The notes beneath the pieces were generated by a model. The model was not told the origin of the DNA. It saw only the letters and a list, made by a program, of their open reading frames with translations, and did no database searches. Shown in pieces: positions 45,427-53,947 of a stretch of DNA of 64,000 bases. The stretch covers positions 15,150-79,149 of the forward strand of contig CBDANQ010000051.1 in assembly GCA_965197725.1 (NCBI GenBank). The letters run 5' to 3'. The position numbers were made by a program, and so were the translations under genes. Each line of letters begins with the position of its first letter. Positions within the stretch are counted from its first letter, which is position 1. Source of the DNA: Longimicrobiales bacterium. GTDB lineage: Bacteria > Gemmatimonadota > Gemmatimonadetes > Longimicrobiales > Gaopeijiaceae.

Positions 45427-45462
45427 ACCGCGGCCCGTCTCGGACGGGCTGCGGTTTTTTTT
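45427..45462 (+). terminator. Attenuator terminator of the his operon
   Basis: ACCGCGGCCCGTC-TCG-GACGGGCTGCGGT stem followed by a T8 run, 11 bp before the hisG start. Confidence 0.9.
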
Positions 45463-45473
45463 GGAGACGAACC

Positions 45474-46361
45474 GTGGCTCTACCTCAAACAGATCAACGC
45501 ATCCGCATCGCGCTGCCGAACAAAGGGCGCCTCTCCGAGCGCGCGCTTCAACTCTTCGAGCAAGCTGGCCTCAAACCCGCGTTCAGGGTGGACCGGGCGC
45601 TCGTGGCGTCACTGGGCGATGACTTCCAGGCGATCTTCGTGCGCGCTGCGGATGTGCCGGAGTACCTCGCCGATGGAGCCGCCGACCTCGGAGTGACGGG
45701 CCTCGACCTCGTAGAGGAGAGCGGCCGGAACGTCGAGCAAGTGCTCGATCTCGGCTTCGGCCGTTGCCGGCTGGTCGTAGCCGTACGCGACGAGTCGATC
45801 GCGACCAGCGCGACGGACTTGCCCGCCGGCACGCGGGTCGCCACGTCGTTCCCGCGCGTGGCGTCTCGGTACTTCGAGGCGCTCGGCATCCCGATCGAGA
45901 TCGCGCCGGTCTCGGGTTCAACCGAGATCGCCCCACACTTGGGCGTAGCGGACGTCATCGTGGATCTGACCTCCACCGGCTCGACGTTGCGCGTGAACGG
46001 GCTCAGGGAGATCGACACGATCCTCGACTCCTCCGCTCACTTGATCGCTCGACAGGGCTCGCTCACCGACCCCTCGAAACGGAGCGCGATCCACGACCTG
46101 GCCACGGCGATCGAGTCGGTGCTGCGTGCGCAGGAGAAGCGATACCTGATGGCCAACGTGCCGCGTGCCAAGCTCGACGAAGTGCGTCAGATCATCCCCG
46201 GACTTTCGGGCCCCACGATCGTCGAGGTTCTCGACTCGGGATCCTGGGTCGCCGCGCACGCGGTGGTGGACGCCGGAGCGGTCTACCAAACGATCGCACG
46301 CCTCAAGGAACTGGGCGCCGAGGGAATCCTGGTCACTCGCATCGAGAGGTTGATGCCGTGA
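45474..46361 (+). CDS. hisG: ATP phosphoribosyltransferase, long form
   Basis: IALPNKGRL, DLGVTGLD, VATSFP, GSTEIAP, DLTSTGSTL, C-terminal regulatory domain. Confidence 0.96.
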   Translation: MALPQTDQRIRIALPNKGRLSERALQLFEQAGLKPAFRVDRALVASLGDDFQAIFVRAADVPEYLADGAADLGVTGLDLVEESGRNVEQVLDLGFGRCRLVVAVRDESIATSATDLPAGTRVATSFPRVASRYFEALGIPIEIAPVSGSTEIAPHLGVADVIVDLTSTGSTLRVNGLREIDTILDSSAHLIARQGSLTDPSKRSAIHDLATAIESVLRAQEKRYLMANVPRAKLDEVRQIIPGLSGPTIVEVLDSGSWVAAHAVVDAGAVYQTIARLKELGAEGILVTRIERLMP

Positions 46362-47671
46362 GCGACGCCGTGAGTGACATGGTGCTCTTCGCAGAAGGAC
46401 CACTCGGCGACCTGGACCCTGCGATACTCGAGCGGCTACTCGAGCGCAGCCCACGGGATGCCTCCGACGTATCGACCACCGTGAGGCGCCTGATCGCCGA
46501 CGTGCGGGGGCGGGGGGACGCCGCGTTGGTGGAGATGGCGAAGCGCTTCGACGGCGTCGAAGTCACTGGTATCGAGGTGCCCCGGGACCGCTGGGACGAG
46601 GCCCTCGGGGTGCTGCCCGTGGAGGTCCGGCAGGCCCTTCTGCGTGCGGCTGGCAACATCCGGAACTTTCATGCAGCCCAAATTCCGAGAGACGTCGTGC
46701 TCGATGTCGAAGCGGGTGTGCGCATCACGCGCACGGTGGTCCCACTCGAGAGGGTCGGGGTGTACGCGCCCGGGGGAAGGGCCGCATACCCCAGCTCCGT
46801 GCTCATGGGCGTCGTGCCCGCGAGAGCCGCGGGCGTGGGCGAGGTGGTCGTATGCTCCCCTCCGGGGCCCGAGCTTGTCCCACCCATGGAAGTTCTGGCC
46901 GCCTGCGCCGTCGCCGGCGCTGACAGGCTGTTCGCGATCGGCGGCGCGGGAGCGATCGCCGCTCTGGCGTTCGGGACCGAAACGGTGTCCGCAGTCGACG
47001 CGATCGTCGGCCCGGGGAACCGCTGGGTAAGCGAGGCGAAGCGGCAGGTTGCGGGCCGCGTGGTGATCGACTGCCCGGCAGGCCCCTCCGAAGTGCTCGT
47101 GGTGGCGGACGACTCGGCGGACGCGACCTGGGCAGCGCACGAATTGCTGGCCCAAGCCGAACACGACCCGGACGCGGCGTGTGTGCTCGTGACGACCTCC
47201 GAGCGCGTGGCTCGAGAGAGTCGTGAAGCACTCGGCCGGCTACTGGCGGACGCTCCGCGAGCGGGGGTCACTCGAGCGGCGCTCGCGAGCGCGGGCGCGA
47301 TCCTGATCGCGAGCTCAGACGCCGATGCTTTCGACTTCGCGCAGCGGTACGCGCCCGAGCACCTCTCGATCATGACCGCTCCCGGCGCGGAGGACGCCCG
47401 CCGAGTCAGCACGGCCGGGACCACCTTCGTGGGGGGTCATGCGTCGGTGGCGTTCGGCGACTACCTCACCGGCGCGAACCATGTGCTGCCCACAGGAGGT
47501 CGGGCGCGCAGCTTCTCCGGCCTCTCCGTGCAGCACTTCCTGCGGTCGTACACGATCCAAGAGGTAACCCGGGAGGGAGCGGCGGGGATGGCGGACGACG
47601 TCGCGACGCTCGCCACGGCCGAAGGGCTGCCGGCACATGCGGCGGCGGCTCTCGCGAGGTCAGGCGTATGA
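46358..47671 (+). CDS. hisD: Histidinol dehydrogenase
   Basis: YAPGGRAAYPSS, GPGNRWV, PAGPSE, AQAEHD, APEHL, GANHVLPT; GTG start overlaps the hisG stop. Confidence 0.95.
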   Translation: MSDAVSDMVLFAEGPLGDLDPAILERLLERSPRDASDVSTTVRRLIADVRGRGDAALVEMAKRFDGVEVTGIEVPRDRWDEALGVLPVEVRQALLRAAGNIRNFHAAQIPRDVVLDVEAGVRITRTVVPLERVGVYAPGGRAAYPSSVLMGVVPARAAGVGEVVVCSPPGPELVPPMEVLAACAVAGADRLFAIGGAGAIAALAFGTETVSAVDAIVGPGNRWVSEAKRQVAGRVVIDCPAGPSEVLVVADDSADATWAAHELLAQAEHDPDAACVLVTTSERVARESREALGRLLADAPRAGVTRAALASAGAILIASSDADAFDFAQRYAPEHLSIMTAPGAEDARRVSTAGTTFVGGHASVAFGDYLTGANHVLPTGGRARSFSGLSVQHFLRSYTIQEVTREGAAGMADDVATLATAEGLPAHAAAALARSGV

Positions 47672-48765
47672 GCCCGTTCCCTCGCGTGGACTACGGTGGC
47701 CTCACTCCGTACGCACCCGACCGGCGCCCGGTCGATGTCGACCTGAGCGACAACACCAATCTCTGGGGCACGCACCCGGCCGCGCTCGCACGTATCCAGG
47801 CCACCACCAGCGACGACCTGGCCCGCTACCCAGAGCTCTACGCCGACCGGCTACGCGCAGCAGTGGCGCAGCGATTCGACATACAGGTCGACTGCGTGAC
47901 CACCGGCGCGGGCTCCGACGACGTTCTGGATTCGGCCTTCCGCGCCGCGTTCGGAAGGGGCGCCACCGTGCGCTACCCGAGTCCGACCTTTTCCATGGTC
48001 GAGCCGTTTGCGCGCATGAACGGCATCGGTGCCAGGGCGGTGCCGTGGTCCGAGGCTGCCTGGGACCCTCGGCTGCTCCTGGAAGAAGATCCCGACCTGG
48101 TCTACGTGTGCCGCCCCAACAACCCGACGGGAGAGCTGCTTCCCGAAGAGTGGATCGAGCGGCTGCTCTGGTACCGCAGTGACGAGGGACCGTTAATTAT
48201 TCTCGATGAGGCGTACGCCGACTTCGCGGAAGAGACGATGATTTCCTGGGCGGTGCGGACCCCACGCTTGCTCGTTGCCCGCACCGCCTCCAAGGCGTTC
48301 GGCCTCGCGGGCCTTCGCTGCGGCTTCGGCGTCGCCCAACCGGAGACAACGCTGGAGATCGAGAAGTCTCGGGGCCCGTACAAGGTCTCGGGACTCGCCG
48401 CGGAAGCGGCCGCCGCCGCGCTGCTCGACGAAGACGGTTGGATGGCCGGCACAGTAGCGGAGTGCCTCGCGAATCGCGCGCGACTCACCGACGCTCTTCG
48501 GACCCGTGGTCTCGAGCCACTCGAGTCGCGTACCAACTTCGTCCTGTTCGCCTCACCCAGCGGGTCCGCGTCCGATGACGCGCTGGCGCTGAGGGAGCGA
48601 GGCATCGCGGTGCGCCCGTTCGCCGGAATCGAAGCCATCGGCGAGAGTCTGCGCGTGACCGTCGGCCCTTGGCCTCTGATGGAGCGGTTTCTGGACGCGC
48701 TCGACGCGACCACGTGGGCCACAGAGCCAAAGGGAGCCGACCCGCCACGAGGAGGAGCCGCATGA
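47668..48765 (+). CDS. hisC: Histidinol-phosphate aminotransferase
   Basis: PNNPTG, DEAY, RTASKAFGLAGLR. Confidence 0.93.
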   Translation: MSPFPRVDYGGLTPYAPDRRPVDVDLSDNTNLWGTHPAALARIQATTSDDLARYPELYADRLRAAVAQRFDIQVDCVTTGAGSDDVLDSAFRAAFGRGATVRYPSPTFSMVEPFARMNGIGARAVPWSEAAWDPRLLLEEDPDLVYVCRPNNPTGELLPEEWIERLLWYRSDEGPLIILDEAYADFAEETMISWAVRTPRLLVARTASKAFGLAGLRCGFGVAQPETTLEIEKSRGPYKVSGLAAEAAAAALLDEDGWMAGTVAECLANRARLTDALRTRGLEPLESRTNFVLFASPSGSASDDALALRERGIAVRPFAGIEAIGESLRVTVGPWPLMERFLDALDATTWATEPKGADPPRGGAA

Positions 48766-49364
48766 AGCTCGCGCTCTTCGACTACGGCGCCGGGAACCTG
48801 CACTCTCTGGGCAAGGCACTCGAGGGCTCCGGAGCGAACGTGGTCGTGACTGCGGATTGGGCAGAGGCGCTCTCCTTGGACGGCATCGTGCTTCCGGGCG
48901 TCGGGGCCTTCGGGCACGCCGCACGGGCGCTTCCCGCTGATCGAAGCCGGATCCGAGAGGCGCTGGAAGCAGGACTCCCATGCCTGGGCATCTGCCTGGG
49001 CATGCAGCTTCTCTTCGACGAGAGCGACGAGTCCGCCGGAGACGGCATCGGGCTCGTTCCCGGGCGAGTGTCGCGCGTGCGCGCCGCGATCGTACCGCAG
49101 ATGGGGTGGAACGACGTAGAAATCACGTCCGACCCGATCTTCGCCGGCATCCAGGGGCTGGTGAGCTACTACGCGAACTCCTTCGTCTGCGAACCCACCC
49201 AGGAGTCCGACGCCATCGCGTGGTCGGAGTACGCGGGTGTTCGCTTCACCGCCGCGGTACGCCGCGCCAACACGTGGGGCCTGCAGTTCCACCCTGAAAA
49301 GAGCTCGACGGCGGGCCGCCGGATCGTAACGAACTTCGTCGAGCTGGCTCGGGGCGCCCGATGA
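48762..49364 (+). CDS. hisH: Imidazole glycerol phosphate synthase glutaminase subunit
   Basis: DYGAGN, PGVGAF, GICLGMQ, QFHPEKS. Confidence 0.95.
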   Translation: MKLALFDYGAGNLHSLGKALEGSGANVVVTADWAEALSLDGIVLPGVGAFGHAARALPADRSRIREALEAGLPCLGICLGMQLLFDESDESAGDGIGLVPGRVSRVRAAIVPQMGWNDVEITSDPIFAGIQGLVSYYANSFVCEPTQESDAIAWSEYAGVRFTAAVRRANTWGLQFHPEKSSTAGRRIVTNFVELARGAR

Positions 49365-50086
49365 TCGCCGCACCCGCCGTCGACGTACGCGAAGGACGTT
49401 GCGTCCAACTCGTGGGTGGGCGCCCCGAAGCCGAGGCGGTCTCTCTAAGCGATCCGGTAGCGGTCGCTGAGCGTTGGTGGCAATCGGGCTTCGGCACGCT
49501 GCACTTGGTCGATCTCGACGCGGCGCTCGGCAACGCGGACAACTTCGCCCTGCTCAAAGAGCTGCTCACGGCGACGAAGGCGGAGACACAGGTCGGGGGA
49601 GGAATCCGCGACGACGACCGGGCCGACGCGCTGGTCGCCGCCGGGGCGGACCGCATCATCGTGGGGACCCGCGCGCTCGACGATCCCGCCTGGCTGACCC
49701 AGCTCACCCTTCGCCACCCCGCACGCGTGATGGTCGCGCTCGACACCAGGGAGGGGCTCGTGCTGCGAAAGGGATGGCGGGAGACGACCGGCCTCGAGAT
49801 CGGCGCACTGCTCCGTGAGCTGGCGGATCTGCCGCTCGCGGGGATCCTGTCAACGGATGTGGGCCGCGAGGGGCGGCTGGAAGGCATCGACCGGGCGGTC
49901 GCCCGGAGTACCGTGTCGGCCAGCCCTCACCCGATGTGGATATCCGGTGGCATCACCACGGTCGACGAGCTCGCCCACCTCGACGCGCTTGGCGCGGCGG
50001 GCGCGGTGCTCGGCATGGCTTTGTATACGAACACACTGGACGTGGACGACGTGGCGCTCCGTTGGGGAAATACGCAAACACGGTAG
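49361..50086 (+). CDS. hisA: ProFAR isomerase
   Basis: PAVDVREGRCVQL, HLVDLDAA, QVGGGIR, SGG. Confidence 0.93.
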   Translation: MIAAPAVDVREGRCVQLVGGRPEAEAVSLSDPVAVAERWWQSGFGTLHLVDLDAALGNADNFALLKELLTATKAETQVGGGIRDDDRADALVAAGADRIIVGTRALDDPAWLTQLTLRHPARVMVALDTREGLVLRKGWRETTGLEIGALLRELADLPLAGILSTDVGREGRLEGIDRAVARSTVSASPHPMWISGGITTVDELAHLDALGAAGAVLGMALYTNTLDVDDVALRWGNTQTR

Positions 50087-50093
50087 GGGAAGA

Positions 50094-50633
50094 ATGAGCA
50101 AGCTGAAGAGAGCAACGAACGAGACGCGGATCGTGGCGGACGTGCGGGTCGGCTCGGGGAACGCGAGCATCGACGTGGACGACCGCTTCCTAGCGCACAT
50201 GGTGGAGACGCTGGCGCGTTACTCCGGCCTCGACATCGAGCTCGAAGCCACTGGCGATCTCAAGCACCACCTCGTCGAAGATGTCGCGATCACGCTCGGG
50301 CTCGCGCTCGCCGACGAGGTGCCCACCAGCGCGGCCCGCTACGGCTGGTGCCGCATTCCCATGGACGAGGCGCTCGCCGAGGCGGCCATCGATCTGGGTG
50401 GGCGCCCCTATTACGTCGGCAAGCTTCCCTCGAAGCTCTACACGCATTTCCTACACTCTTTCGCGAGCAACCTCGGCGCGACGTTGCACGTGCGCGTGCT
50501 GCGTGGGCACGACCGGCACCACATGGTCGAGGCCGCGATCAAGGCGACGGGCATGGCGCTCAGGCAGGCACTCGTGGACGGTGGAGTGGTGTTCAGCACC
50601 AAAGGGTCGGTACGACTGGAGCGCCTCGACTGA
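50094..50633 (+). CDS. hisB: Imidazoleglycerol-phosphate dehydratase (monofunctional)
   Basis: RATNET, HHLVED, PMDEA, HHMVEA, STKG; no N-terminal phosphatase domain. Confidence 0.94.
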   Translation: MSKLKRATNETRIVADVRVGSGNASIDVDDRFLAHMVETLARYSGLDIELEATGDLKHHLVEDVAITLGLALADEVPTSAARYGWCRIPMDEALAEAAIDLGGRPYYVGKLPSKLYTHFLHSFASNLGATLHVRVLRGHDRHHMVEAAIKATGMALRQALVDGGVVFSTKGSVRLERLD

Positions 50634-51424
50634 TGCTGCGTCCACGAGTGATCGTCTGCCTCGACGTGAAGGACGGCCGTGTAGTGAAGGGCACCCAGTT
50701 CAAGAACCTCCGTGACGTCGGCGATCCGGTCGAGCTCGCGGCCCGATACGAGCAGGAAGGGGCTGACGAGATCGTCTTCCTGGACGTGTCGGCCTCTCGC
50801 GAAGGCCGCAGCACACTTCTCGACACAGTACGGCGTACCGCGGAAACGCTTTTCATCCCCCTAACGGTCGGCGGCGGCGTGCGCTCGGCGGACGATATCG
50901 GCCCGCTCCTGCGTGCGGGAGCGGACAAGATCAGCGTGAACACCGCAGCCGTGCGTGACCCCAGCATCCTCTCCATCGGAGCTGAACGCTTCGGGAGTCA
51001 GTGCGTGGTCGCCAGCGTCGACGCGGCTCGCGAAGGCGATGCTTGGCGCTGCTACACACACGGCGGCTCGGAGCCGACCGGTCTGGATGCGATCGAGTGG
51101 GCCGCCGCGTGCCGCGAGCGCGGCGCCGGTGAGATCCTGCTCACCTCGATCGATCAAGACGGCGCCCGCTCGGGATACTCGCTCGGGCTCACCCGTGCGG
51201 TCGCCGATACCGTTCCGATCCCCGTCATCGCCTCCGGCGGTGCGGGGCGAGCCGAGCACCTCCGTGACGCCTTCGTCGACGGCCACGCTTCGGCAGCGCT
51301 CGTGGCCGGCATCCTGCACGATGGCCTGACCACCGTCGACGCTCTGAAGTCGTCGCTGGCCGGCTGGAACGTGGACGTCCGGCTCGCCGAGGCGACGCTG
51401 TCCGACTCACCGAGCAGCCCGTGA
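50633..51424 (+). CDS. hisF: Imidazole glycerol phosphate synthase cyclase subunit
   Basis: CLDVKDGRVVKG, GADE, TVGGG, GAGEILLTSIDQDG, IASGGAG. Confidence 0.96.
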   Translation: MLRPRVIVCLDVKDGRVVKGTQFKNLRDVGDPVELAARYEQEGADEIVFLDVSASREGRSTLLDTVRRTAETLFIPLTVGGGVRSADDIGPLLRAGADKISVNTAAVRDPSILSIGAERFGSQCVVASVDAAREGDAWRCYTHGGSEPTGLDAIEWAAACRERGAGEILLTSIDQDGARSGYSLGLTRAVADTVPIPVIASGGAGRAEHLRDAFVDGHASAALVAGILHDGLTTVDALKSSLAGWNVDVRLAEATLSDSPSSP

Positions 51425-51447
51425 TGGGCACGCGACAGGATAGACCC

Positions 51448-52080
51448 ATGACCGATCGAACCATACGAAACGTCGCCGATCTGGACTCCCTCGATTTCGG
51501 CAGGTCGGATGGCCTAGTATCCGTCGTCGCGCAGGACGCCCACACGGGGGAGGCGCTGATACTGGCGTACGCGAACCGTGACGCTCTGGAGGCGTCACTC
51601 TCATCAGGCGAGATGCACTTCTGGTCTCGCAGCCGTGACGTGCTTTGGAGGAAAGGCGAGACGAGCGGGAATACGTTGCAGGTGTGCTCGCTTCACGCCG
51701 ACTGCGACGAAGACTCCGTGCTCGCGCTCGTCGTGCCGAGGGGACCCGCGTGTCACACCGGCGAGGCCACATGCTTCGGAGCGAGTTCCGCGCCCGAAAA
51801 GAAGGAGGACGCCCTCACCCGCCTAGCCGCCACGATCGAGGCACGCGCTGCCAACCGCCCGGAGGGCAGCTACACGACCCGCCTGCTCGAAGACCGTAAC
51901 CTGCGCCTCAAGAAGCTCGGTGAGGAGAGCGCCGAGCTGATCGCGGCACTCGCCACGAGTAGCGTCGAAGAAGCCGTCGAAGAGGCCGCGGACCTCGTAT
52001 ACCACATGCTGGTCGCACTGAGAGCCGAGGGCGCAACGTTGGCGGACGTGGCCGCGGAGTTAGCGCGCCGAGCGAAGTAG
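51448..52080 (+). CDS. hisIE: Bifunctional PR-AMP cyclohydrolase / PR-ATP pyrophosphohydrolase
   Basis: FWSRSR, WRKGETSG, DCDED, ACHTG, SYT, KKLGEE, ADLVYH. Confidence 0.95.
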   Translation: MTDRTIRNVADLDSLDFGRSDGLVSVVAQDAHTGEALILAYANRDALEASLSSGEMHFWSRSRDVLWRKGETSGNTLQVCSLHADCDEDSVLALVVPRGPACHTGEATCFGASSAPEKKEDALTRLAATIEARAANRPEGSYTTRLLEDRNLRLKKLGEESAELIAALATSSVEEAVEEAADLVYHMLVALRAEGATLADVAAELARRAK

Positions 52081-52082
52081 CG

Positions 52083-52199
52083 CGCCGGAAACCCTCTCCC
52101 GAGCCTCGGGTACGGACCCGGTCCCTCCCCGCTCCCGGCGCTCAGCACCATGGCCCAAGTCCGATCCTCGTGCTGACGCTCGCGTCGGCGACCCAGGTC
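52083..52199 (+). repeat. Degenerate direct copy of the upstream region and 5' end of the ABC gene at 56460-56679
   Basis: 52083-52161 matches 56460-56538 (76/79) and 52162-52199 matches 56642-56679 (35/38); 103 bp are missing in between. Confidence 0.92.
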
Positions 52200-52226
52200 T
52201 GGGGCGACCGGCGCTACCTCGATCTC

Positions 52227-53687
52227 TCACTCCTCCAGGCACAGGAGGTCGCCCAGGCAGCCTAGCAGTCCGTGGAAGAAATAGGTTCCCAGCGGATGAT
52301 GGGTGGGAGAGAAGGCAGACACGCGGGCGGGGGCTGTGTTGTTGTGCAAGAAGCGGGTTTTGGGGTCTGACGAGGCGATATTCGGCCCAAGGAAGGCGAA
52401 ATAGCGCCGAATACGGCGGAAAAAGCGCGAGACGCGGGTTGTAACCTGAGTTGCGAGCGCAGCTTGTACGGTAGCGAGGCCCTGTAACGCACGGGGGGTT
52501 CCAACCCCGAACCGCTTGCGCATGAGAAGGCCGAGGTTGAAGGCCGCCGCGTGGATCAACATCCGTTTTCGAATCTCCTCCTGGCCCCGTATGTGGACGC
52601 GACGCAGCCCTCCGGTCACAAGCAAGTGCGCAAACCCCCGCTCCACCTTCTCGCCGCGCTGGCGCAGCAGCCGCATCCCCCGGTTGCCGCGGATCCGGCG
52701 GCGGTTGTCGTAGGTCGGCTTCTGCGCGTCCCGGTTGTTCTTCCATTTCCGGCGCCCGCGGTTGGGCTCGCTCACATAGCTGCGCAGCTCCCGCTCCTTC
52801 ACGCCCGTCATGGTCTTGTTCGAGTGGTAGCCTTTGTCGGCCACCACTTCCTCGGGCTCTACCTGCACTACTTCCAGCTGCCGCTCTGCCTCGTCCAGCG
52901 TGTTGGGCAGCGACGCCACATCTCCCCCGTCCATCGTCTGCACCGTCACCGCCACAAGCGCACCGGTCTCCATGTCGACCGCCTGCTCCAACTTGTGCGC
53001 CAGGCGCGTCCTGCCGTCCTTCATCTTCGTGATCCGCGCCTCCGGGTCGTGCGGATGCACCCAGTCCTTGTTCGAGCCCTTCTTCGGACGCTTCCGGTCC
53101 AGCGTCGTCAGATCCTTGCGCGTCGGCGTCTCGATCCCCGACGCCCGGGCCACCTGCTGCAGCCATTCATCGTAGCCCAACCCGTCGTCGCGCCGCACGA
53201 TCGTGCGCATCGCCGCATTCGCCTCCAGCGTCGTCGAGTCGACGCCCAGCGTCTTGCCGCTCAGCAACCCCGACCCCTTCAGCAGCTCCAGCACCCGCCC
53301 GAACACCGCCGCGTGCGCTTCCACGCTCAGGCGCTTGCGCGTCTTCGACAGGGTCGAATGCTCCGGCGGGTTCTTCGCCCACCCGTATCCCAGAAACTCA
53401 CGCAACGACAACGAGTCCCCACACCGCCAGGCAATGCCCCGCTCCGAGCCGATCCCTTCCAGGTAGCCCACCATCATCATTCGGAAATACACCCCGGGAG
53501 CAATCCCCGGCCGACCCCGATTGTCCGCGTAGAACTCACGGCATGCCTCTTCCGCGAACTCGTCAAACCCGCTTTTCGCCAGAAGCTCGTTCAAGGCCCA
53601 GTAGAACGGGTTGTCCAAGGCCCGAATCTCGCTCGCCACCACGAACATCTCGCCCTGCCGAGCCTCGGGCCGCTTGCCTACCGCCAT
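52227..53687 (-). CDS. DDE transposase (DUF772 + DDE_Tnp_1 type)
   Basis: GRPGIAP, SLREFLG, HSTLSKTRKR, VDSTTLEANA, VADKGYH, ERGFAH; ATG at 53687 with upstream GAGGA; ORF reads through the IR. Confidence 0.9.
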   Translation of the reverse strand: MAVGKRPEARQGEMFVVASEIRALDNPFYWALNELLAKSGFDEFAEEACREFYADNRGRPGIAPGVYFRMMMVGYLEGIGSERGIAWRCGDSLSLREFLGYGWAKNPPEHSTLSKTRKRLSVEAHAAVFGRVLELLKGSGLLSGKTLGVDSTTLEANAAMRTIVRRDDGLGYDEWLQQVARASGIETPTRKDLTTLDRKRPKKGSNKDWVHPHDPEARITKMKDGRTRLAHKLEQAVDMETGALVAVTVQTMDGGDVASLPNTLDEAERQLEVVQVEPEEVVADKGYHSNKTMTGVKERELRSYVSEPNRGRRKWKNNRDAQKPTYDNRRRIRGNRGMRLLRQRGEKVERGFAHLLVTGGLRRVHIRGQEEIRKRMLIHAAAFNLGLLMRKRFGVGTPRALQGLATVQAALATQVTTRVSRFFRRIRRYFAFLGPNIASSDPKTRFLHNNTAPARVSAFSPTHHPLGTYFFHGLLGCLGDLLCLEE

Positions 53688-53768
53688 CGCCGTCCTCGCT
53701 GCAAAAACCCTCGTGTCCTCCTGATTTAACACAACAGCGATGACCGGACTTTATCCACGGTCTGCTAG
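52262..53768 (-). mobile_element. IS1182/IS5-like insertion sequence with CTAG target duplication
   Basis: CTAG at 52262-52265 and 53765-53768; imperfect terminal IRs CAGTCCGTGGAAGAAA / CAGACCGTGGATAAAG (12/16). Confidence 0.88.
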
Positions 53769-53850
53769 TCGAAGGCAAGGAGCTGCCCTCCGCTTTTACA
53801 CACAGACCGGGACTTGACCATCCCGCTCGGGGCACCCACCGCAGGTGGGT

Positions 53851-53923
53851 CGCTGGGCCGTGCTGCTCGCTCTCATCTACGAGGTGCTGCCGCGCTCTGC
53901 CCCGCTTGTAGTGGCCCATGAGG
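53851..53923 (+). mobile_element. Remnant resembling the C-terminal region of an IS91-like (Y2) transposase
   Basis: RWAVLLALIYEVLP followed by a frameshift-broken LCP-C-G-MR zinc-finger-like stretch. Confidence 0.6.
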
Positions 53924-53947
53924 ACGGTGGTTGACTAGGATTAGGAC

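Larger units (their letters stand above)
52191..53819 (+). mobile_element. 3' remnant of an IS256-like element, interrupted at its stop codon by the IS1182-like element
   Basis: WGDRRYLDLSLLQAQEVAQAA-stop (TAG 52263-52265) resembles IS256 transposase C-termini; TTTTACACACAGACCGGGACTTGACC (53794-53819) resembles an IS256 right end. Confidence 0.62.

Noticed and set aside
52551..53729. 392-aa ORF antisense to the transposase, and similar long antisense ORFs (17861-19090, 38969-40105, 48102-49373)
   Set aside because: Shadow ORFs expected in high-GC DNA opposite real genes; no recognisable motifs.
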